Shown: positions 58,321 through 64,000 of the stretch, piece after piece
Numbering within the stretch: position 1 is the first letter of the stretch
How the letters are laid out: every line of letters begins with the position of its first letter
Virus record (IMG/VR): IMGVR_UViG_3300008107_000028
Coordinates: 34,195 to 98,194 of that record
DNA from: a virus
Lineage: Duplodnaviria > Caudoviricetes
Direction: 5' to 3' (one strand)
DNA: 64,000 bases
The notes under the pieces: generated by a model
Told to the model about the DNA's origin: nothing
The model's input: only the letters and a program-made list of their open reading frames with translations
The model's database searches: none
Program-made: the position numbers and the translations under genes

Positions 58321-58649
58321 TATTTTTTCTTTTCTTCAATTTGTTGTGACTGCAAACTTTTTTTATAGGTTCTTACCTTCTCTTTCAATTGTGATATAAG
58401 TTTGTTTGCGTTCGATAAATTATTTGAAATACCTGTAATTCTACCATTACAAAGTGGTTTTAACCCATTTGGTACAGAATCATCAAGTTTTCGTAGTTCC
58501 TTCATAGTTTCATTAAGAGAATTTTGTAATTCTTCTAATTTAAACTGAACTCTATTAAATTCCTCTCTTTTAACTTTTGATGTTTCCTCACTTAAAATTT
58601 GTGATAAAACGTTTTTTATTGTATTTTCAGAAATAATCCTCTTTTCCAT
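58320..58649 (-). CDS. Coiled-coil hypothetical protein
   Basis: IISE/ILSE motifs; TATTTATA upstream. Confidence 0.55.
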   Translation of the reverse strand: MEKRIISENTIKNVLSQILSEETSKVKREEFNRVQFKLEELQNSLNETMKELRKLDDSVPNGLKPLCNGRITGISNNLSNANKLISQLKEKVRTYKKSLQSQQIEEKKK

Positions 58650-58721
58650 ATTAATATAAATACTTTTTGTTTTTTAATTTTTTTTTATCCTCTCTTTTTA
58701 TTATATTTTAGTACAAAACTA

Positions 58722-59777
58722 ATGTACATGGGAGAAGTTTATGATATGTTATTTGATTTTGATGATATTCTTATTGAACCGGCAATTCTGTCAAAAATAA
58801 ACTCCAGAAGTGAGGTAAATCCAAGAAATATGTGGGGAAATTTACCATTAATGACAGCACCTATGGATACAGTGGTAGATCAGAATAATTTTCACCTTTT
58901 CAAAGAAAAGGGTATCATGCCGGTTTTACCAAGAATCCCTAATCCAAAAAAAGATTGGGTTGACACTAATATTTTCCTTTCGTATAGTCTACAGGACTTT
59001 GAACAAATTTTCTTAAAAGAAAAAGTCTATGTCCAAGACGGAAGTAGAATCATGGCTCTTATCGATGTTGCAAATGGTCATATGGAAAGTCTATACGATA
59101 TGGCCAAAGAAGCTAAAAAAAGATATGGATATTCAATGTGCTTAATGGTTGGAAATGTTGCGAACCCAAAAACCTTTCAAGAGTACTGTAAAATTGGTGT
59201 GGATGTGGTGAGGATTGGAATCGGAAACGGAAATGGTTGTTTAACAACTGTACAAACAGGTGTTGGGTATCCCATGGCGTCACTTATCGAAGAGTGTAAC
59301 CAGTTGAGGATTTATAATGAATGTAGAACGGAAATAATCGCCGATGGGGGTTTTAAAAAATTTTCCGATATTATTAAGGCATTGGCTTTAGGTGCTGATT
59401 ATGTTATGTTAGGATCAGTTTTGAATAAGTGTTTAGAAAGTGCAGGTGAAACAATAGATGATGAAGGTGAAAAAATTAACCAATATCATGATGATGCTAA
59501 AAAAATGTTTCACGCGGAACTTTCTTTATTTAAGACATTTAGAGGTATGAGTACAAAAGAAGTTCAAAAGTCTTGGGGTAAAGAAAATTTAACAACATCT
59601 GAGGGAGTTGTTAGGAAAAATAAAGTAGAATATACTCTTGAGGGTTGGACCAAAAATTTTGAGGATTATTTAAAATCTGCAATGAGTTATACGGGGCAAA
59701 AAGAACTCCACCGTTTTATTGGTGGAGTAAATTATAATTTAATTAGCACAAACTCCTTCAAAAGATTTGATAAATAA
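58722..59777 (+). CDS. IMPDH/GMP reductase family protein
   Basis: 'APMDTV', 'DVANGH', 'GIGNGNGCLT', 'IIADGG', 'KALALGADYVMLGS', 'FRGMS', 'SEG'. Confidence 0.9.
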   Translation: MYMGEVYDMLFDFDDILIEPAILSKINSRSEVNPRNMWGNLPLMTAPMDTVVDQNNFHLFKEKGIMPVLPRIPNPKKDWVDTNIFLSYSLQDFEQIFLKEKVYVQDGSRIMALIDVANGHMESLYDMAKEAKKRYGYSMCLMVGNVANPKTFQEYCKIGVDVVRIGIGNGNGCLTTVQTGVGYPMASLIEECNQLRIYNECRTEIIADGGFKKFSDIIKALALGADYVMLGSVLNKCLESAGETIDDEGEKINQYHDDAKKMFHAELSLFKTFRGMSTKEVQKSWGKENLTTSEGVVRKNKVEYTLEGWTKNFEDYLKSAMSYTGQKELHRFIGGVNYNLISTNSFKRFDK

Positions 59778-60029
59778 TTAATCGATTCTAAATTCTTTGT
59801 CTTCTTTACCACTAATTTCTCCGTCTCTTTTCATACCCTCTTTAATGTAACCTCTAATTAATTTAGAAACTGTTATTTTTTTATGGTTTGCCACTTTTTC
59901 AATTTCCTTGTAATATGCAGGTACAACTCTAAAAGATAACATTTGTATTAATTGTTTGTGTTTAGGACTTTCTGATCCAACATTATCAGATTTGTTATCT
60001 TCCATTTCTTTATATTTTTTCGACGCCAT
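59778..60029 (-). CDS. Ribbon-helix-helix DNA-binding protein
   Basis: 'LSFRV....KEIEKVA.....VSKLIRGYI'. Confidence 0.65.
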   Translation of the reverse strand: MASKKYKEMEDNKSDNVGSESPKHKQLIQMLSFRVVPAYYKEIEKVANHKKITVSKLIRGYIKEGMKRDGEISGKEDKEFRID

Positions 60030-60100
60030 TATTAGATATTTTTATATAAATATTTGGGAATGTTAATTAATTTTCTTATTTTATACTAAAACGAATATAT

Positions 60101-60457
60101 ATGTCAGAAGAAAAACAAATGAACCCCGTAATTAAACAAATTGAAGATCAATATCCCGAAATGACTAAAGAATTTAAACGCATTATGAGGGAACAATATG
60201 AGACTTTTTGTAGAAAACAGTCAAATTACGGTCCCGATAACATTTCTTTAGGGAGAGATCTTTCAAAAGAAGAGGATAGAAAATTATCACAAATGGGTCT
60301 TTTTTTCCGTATGAACGACAAAATTCAAAGAATTAAACAGTTGGTTGTTTTAGGTAAAGAGGATAACGTTGGGGAGGCAGTTGAGGATACATATAAGGAT
60401 TTATCTGTATATTCAATCATTGCACAATTGGTTAAAAACGGTAAGTGGGGTAAGTAA
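60101..60457 (+). CDS. Nucleotide-modification-associated (DUF1599-like) protein
   Basis: 'KQSNYG', 'RMNDKIQRI', 'EAVEDTYKDLSVYSII'. Confidence 0.75.
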   Translation: MSEEKQMNPVIKQIEDQYPEMTKEFKRIMREQYETFCRKQSNYGPDNISLGRDLSKEEDRKLSQMGLFFRMNDKIQRIKQLVVLGKEDNVGEAVEDTYKDLSVYSIIAQLVKNGKWGK

Positions 60458-60518
60458 AAATAATTCTGGCGGAATTCAATCCGCAATTTTTTAGGGTGGT
60501 ATTTATTAAAAAAAGGTC

Positions 60519-60878
60519 ATGAGAGTTAACACTAATCACCCATCTTTTATTTCTTTTTTAGAAACTGTAACATCTAATATTCTTACAAATGTTAGTGTCG
60601 ACAGTTATTTTTCTCTAAACCAAGAAAAAAAGTTAGGGGTACAATACATGGTTCTGAAACTTATTAAAAGTTCTGTAAAAGTTAGAGCCAAACTTACTGA
60701 TACCGAATTAATAAGTTTTGTTAATATTTTATGGAAGAAAAACGAAGAGTCTGAAAATTATGAATTCGCAGCAATACTGAATGATATTTCTAAAAACTTT
60801 GATAAGGTAAATGAAGTCACAAATACCAAAAAAAGAATAACAAGGAAAATTAAAACAGACACTTCAAAAAATGGGTAG
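60519..60878 (+). CDS. Hypothetical protein with a UVR-like motif
   Basis: 'ESENYEFAAILND'. Confidence 0.55.
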   Translation: MRVNTNHPSFISFLETVTSNILTNVSVDSYFSLNQEKKLGVQYMVLKLIKSSVKVRAKLTDTELISFVNILWKKNEESENYEFAAILNDISKNFDKVNEVTNTKKRITRKIKTDTSKNG

Positions 60879-61275
60879 AAATTATGTAGATTATACTCTT
60901 AAAAAAAAATATATGAATTTCGCCCTGAAGTGGTGTAAAGATTATCTTGGTGAAAACGACAGAAAAAGAACTAAATTAGTTATAAATCTCAGTAAAAAAA
61001 CTAAAAAACACAAAAATGACATTTTTTATGGTCATTACTGTTTTTACAGAAATAAAATAACTCTATATGAAAATTCATGTAAAACTGTTTATGACATAGT
61101 CTCAACAGTGATACATGAATATACTCATTATTTACAGTCGAGAACAAAGTACTTGAATTATCAGAACAACTACTATTATTCTACAAATCCTTACGAAAGA
61201 GAGGCTAAAAGAAACGAAGATAGATATACCAAATTATGCATTCGAGATATTAGAAAATTAATTTACCAATTCTAA
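60871..61275 (+). CDS. Zincin-like metalloprotease domain protein
   Basis: 'TVIHEYTHYLQ...NPYEREA'. Confidence 0.7.
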   Translation: MGRNYVDYTLKKKYMNFALKWCKDYLGENDRKRTKLVINLSKKTKKHKNDIFYGHYCFYRNKITLYENSCKTVYDIVSTVIHEYTHYLQSRTKYLNYQNNYYYSTNPYEREAKRNEDRYTKLCIRDIRKLIYQF

Positions 61276-61458
61276 ATCAGGTATTTCTCTTAAAAAGAGC
61301 AATTCATCTGAATCACTTCTTGATTTTACCACAAGATCACAATTCCATAACTCTTTTACATCGTTTACTTTACCATCTTTAATACCAGACGATTTAAATT
61401 TTCTGTACACCCAGTACAATTTATTATTGAAATTTACCAATTCCTTTGTTAACGTCAT
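61258..61458 (-). CDS. Small hypothetical protein
   Basis: 66-aa ORF within the operon. Confidence 0.55.
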   Translation of the reverse strand: MTLTKELVNFNNKLYWVYRKFKSSGIKDGKVNDVKELWNCDLVVKSRSDSDELLFLREIPDLELVN

Positions 61459-61461
61459 AAA

Positions 61462-62064
61462 TTATTTATGTTCTTTACTATTGCAAATTTTTTCTAACAT
61501 ATCCCATTTATATTTTGGTTTTTCATTTAAAAAAACAAAACACTTCCATTTATTCTGTTTTTCAAAATAAATATGTTTCTCCAAATACGATGGGATTGCA
61601 GCATTTGTTGGGATTCTTTTAACAGGATTATCAAAATGTAATGTAATTAATATTGTTAAATTTTCATTATCATCCCATTTTCTCTCTTGTTCTTCTAAAA
61701 GTCTCCATTCACCCCTATTAAGATATTGATCTTGTAAAATACAATTTAGATAGGAGAACGTTTGTTTTAAATTTTCCATATTATCCGAAAAAGTGGCGGC
61801 AGGTGCCCCATGACCTTTATCGTATATATTTTTTACGTAGTCCTCAGCATCAGATGTTTTTATACCTTTTTCAGTATAAAAGTCCATAGATCCTCTATTA
61901 ACGTTTGTGGGTCTATTTGAAGACCTATATTTAATCCATAAGGGTTGTTCTAAGTTCTGTGAATAAAGGACCTCAAACACGTTATTTTTAACTCTAATCG
62001 TATCCTGAGATAGTAATGTTAAACTAAAAAATAATAAACCTGTAATTAATAGTAATTTTTTCAT
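61462..62064 (-). CDS. Secreted DNA/RNA non-specific endonuclease (NucA/EndoG family)
   Basis: Signal peptide; 'YDKGHGAPAA', 'TFSYLNCILQ...LNRGEW..LE'. Confidence 0.88.
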   Translation of the reverse strand: MKKLLLITGLLFFSLTLLSQDTIRVKNNVFEVLYSQNLEQPLWIKYRSSNRPTNVNRGSMDFYTEKGIKTSDAEDYVKNIYDKGHGAPAATFSDNMENLKQTFSYLNCILQDQYLNRGEWRLLEEQERKWDDNENLTILITLHFDNPVKRIPTNAAIPSYLEKHIYFEKQNKWKCFVFLNEKPKYKWDMLEKICNSKEHK

Positions 62065-62618
62065 ATTTGTTCTTTGATTATATAATTAAATATATCCAAA
62101 GAAGTGTTACTGTGAACGCCAAATTCAACAAAAGGTATACTATTAACCAATAATCGTTTCCTAACATCTTCATCAATTTCTTTAGATTCCTGTAAATTTT
62201 GAAATCTTCCGTTTTCGTCATAAGTCGTATCATCTCTTTTCAATAAAATATTTAAACTGTTATACTTCTTAAATAGTGTAAGAATAAAGTCATCAAAGGT
62301 TTCATCATAGAACATTGATGGATATTCAGGTTGATTATTGTATCTGTTTTTGTAAACCATACCCAAAATAATAGGTGAATCAACAATAATGTATTTTACT
62401 TTACCATACAAACGACTAATGTTTCTATGTTGATTTGCGGTTATATAAAATTGATCTTTTACCGCTGAAAAGTTTTCTTCCCAAGCAACTATTTTTGGAA
62501 ACTCATATGTCAACTCAACATCATAGTGATGTTTTTTCATAATGGTATAAAGTCCTGCAGATTGTGTTGACTTGCCAATGCCTGGACCACCAAAAAAATT
62601 TATGATAACACTTTCCAT
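62061..62618 (-). CDS. P-loop kinase (NadR/AAA_28-like)
   Basis: 'INFFGGPGIGKST', 'IVDSPI', 'GRFQ'. Confidence 0.75.
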   Translation of the reverse strand: MESVIINFFGGPGIGKSTQSAGLYTIMKKHHYDVELTYEFPKIVAWEENFSAVKDQFYITANQHRNISRLYGKVKYIIVDSPIILGMVYKNRYNNQPEYPSMFYDETFDDFILTLFKKYNSLNILLKRDDTTYDENGRFQNLQESKEIDEDVRKRLLVNSIPFVEFGVHSNTSLDIFNYIIKEQI

Positions 62619-62685
62619 GTTTCATTAATATACAAAAAAAGAGGGAGATTTAAAACCTCCCTCTTAAAAATTATTTATAGAATTT

Positions 62686-64000
62686 TTATCTTCCGAATGT
62701 GTAACGAATACCTAATTGTGCTGTCCACACATCAAATACGGATGAATTGTATTGATATGTATCTTTTGCTAAGAAAGTATTCACACCATCTCTTTGAGTT
62801 GATAGTCTATATGTCGGAACATTGTTAGCATCTCTACTGACAAAGTTTAACAATTGTGGTGCACCCGCTCTTTGAGAAACTCCCCATTTATTGTTCAACA
62901 TGTTTCCGAAGTTAAGAATATCTGCTCTGATTTGAAATGCATTTCTCTTTCCTTTAATTTTTACAAATACATCTTGTGCAACTGAAAAGTCGAATCTGTG
63001 TAAGAAAGGAAGTGCTAATGCATTTCTTTCGGCATATTGACCTCTACGTGTTGAAAGGTATGGATCTTGTGCGATGAATGATTCGAAAGCTTCTTGTTGT
63101 TGTGCCTCACTATAAACAGTTGTACCAACAGTTAAAGGTGCAAAACGAATATCTGAACCTTTCAATGGAACGAATAACAAATCGTTATTTGATACTCTAT
63201 CTCCATTTAAGTCACCCGCCACAATATAAGAGAACGGATTGTTTTGAGATCCTACATAACCTAAAGTAAATGTGGTTGCTCCACCATATTTCTTACCATA
63301 ATCTAATCTGTAACCTAATAAACCTACAATACGATTTCTTACTAAGAAAGATGAAGTAGTTAAACCTAAATCGTTATTACCATTAACTGATAATGCCGAT
63401 TGCCAACTACCACTTGCGATTGAACCCGCATCCATGAAATCTTGAGCATTTGCCATAGTGTAGGCAACATAACCCCAAAGACCTTTAGATACTGGCTTTT
63501 CTAATTTAAAAGTTGCAGAACGATTAAATGCACCATTTCTATTTGTAAGAACGGCTGCCATTGAAACGTTATTGTTTACTCTTACAGTTGCATCAGTACC
63601 ACCATAAAGAGGTCTTTGGTCAACTCCACCTAATTTACCAACCGCATCTTTTAAATTAGCGTTATAGTAATGAACAGCATTTAAAGTTCTGTTGTAAAGT
63701 AATTCAACACTTGCAACCAAACCCAACCAAGGTAACTTTTGATCAATAGCTAAGTTGTTTTTCCAAACTTGTGGAAATTTGTAGTTAGGGTCAGTTAATG
63801 CTAAATCAAATGTTGAAGGTAATGTTGGAGTTGAAGGAATAAAGTATTGGTTTGGATTTGCTGTAAAACCATAAGCCGCCGCAGCTGATCCTGATACATC
63901 AATAAATCCTGATAATACACCTGTGTTACCAATTTGATTAGATAAGAACACATAAGGAGGTCTACCAGTAAAGATACCTGTACCACCACGTACTTGTGTT
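62686..64000 (-). CDS. TonB-dependent outer-membrane receptor (Oar-like), 5' part outside the window
   Basis: Frame stays open to the window edge (TQVRGGTGIFTGRPPYV); 'GDLNGD', 'DILNFGNMLN..WG', C-terminal 'WTAQLGIRYTF'. Confidence 0.88.
   Translation of the reverse strand, partial: TQVRGGTGIFTGRPPYVFLSNQIGNTGVLSGFIDVSGSAAAAYGFTANPNQYFIPSTPTLPSTFDLALTDPNYKFPQVWKNNLAIDQKLPWLGLVASVELLYNRTLNAVHYYNANLKDAVGKLGGVDQRPLYGGTDATVRVNNNVSMAAVLTNRNGAFNRSATFKLEKPVSKGLWGYVAYTMANAQDFMDAGSIASGSWQSALSVNGNNDLGLTTSSFLVRNRIVGLLGYRLDYGKKYGGATTFTLGYVGSQNNPFSYIVAGDLNGDRVSNNDLLFVPLKGSDIRFAPLTVGTTVYSEAQQQEAFESFIAQDPYLSTRRGQYAERNALALPFLHRFDFSVAQDVFVKIKGKRNAFQIRADILNFGNMLNNKWGVSQRAGAPQLLNFVSRDANNVPTYRLSTQRDGVNTFLAKDTYQYNSSVFDVWTAQLGIRYTFGR

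Noticed and set aside
1-64000. Stop-codon recoding as in some jumbo phages
   Set aside because: Core genes are intact and densely packed under the standard code; no suppressor tRNA seen

Overview
This window is an AT-rich segment of a large T4-like (jumbo) myophage genome. The host is most likely Bacteroidota, based on TTG-N20-TAnnTTTG-type promoters, near-absence of Shine-Dalgarno sequences, a Bacteroidota-type bS21 and an Oar-like TonB-dependent receptor. The window holds the head module (major capsid protein, scaffold, prohead protease, portal, large terminase) with an antiparallel rpsU/bS21 gene and a gp55-like sigma factor. It also holds Hsp20/ClpC, an RNA-repair trio, five tRNAs, a GOLLD-like ~800-nt ncRNA, a tmRNA, glycosylation and nucleotide-metabolism genes, and many hypothetical genes. 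Three things stand out. (1) A ~9.7-kb, 11-gene minus-strand operon encodes exported and outer-membrane proteins: two CsgG-like proteins, cohesin/dockerin/C-type-lectin proteins, lipoproteins and beta-barrels. Its leader has two coupled uORFs and a hairpin abutting the start codon, and 29 nt of it are almost perfectly complementary to a small RNA encoded antisense at the far end of the operon. (2) A second pair of mutually complementary small RNAs lies 22 kb apart; one carries an extended complement of the 16S rRNA 3' end. (3) An SD-bearing ORF is looped out by a 19-bp stem between two tRNAs, and rrn-like boxA elements precede the tRNAs and the GOLLD-like RNA. All calls come from reading motifs by eye; no database searches were run.
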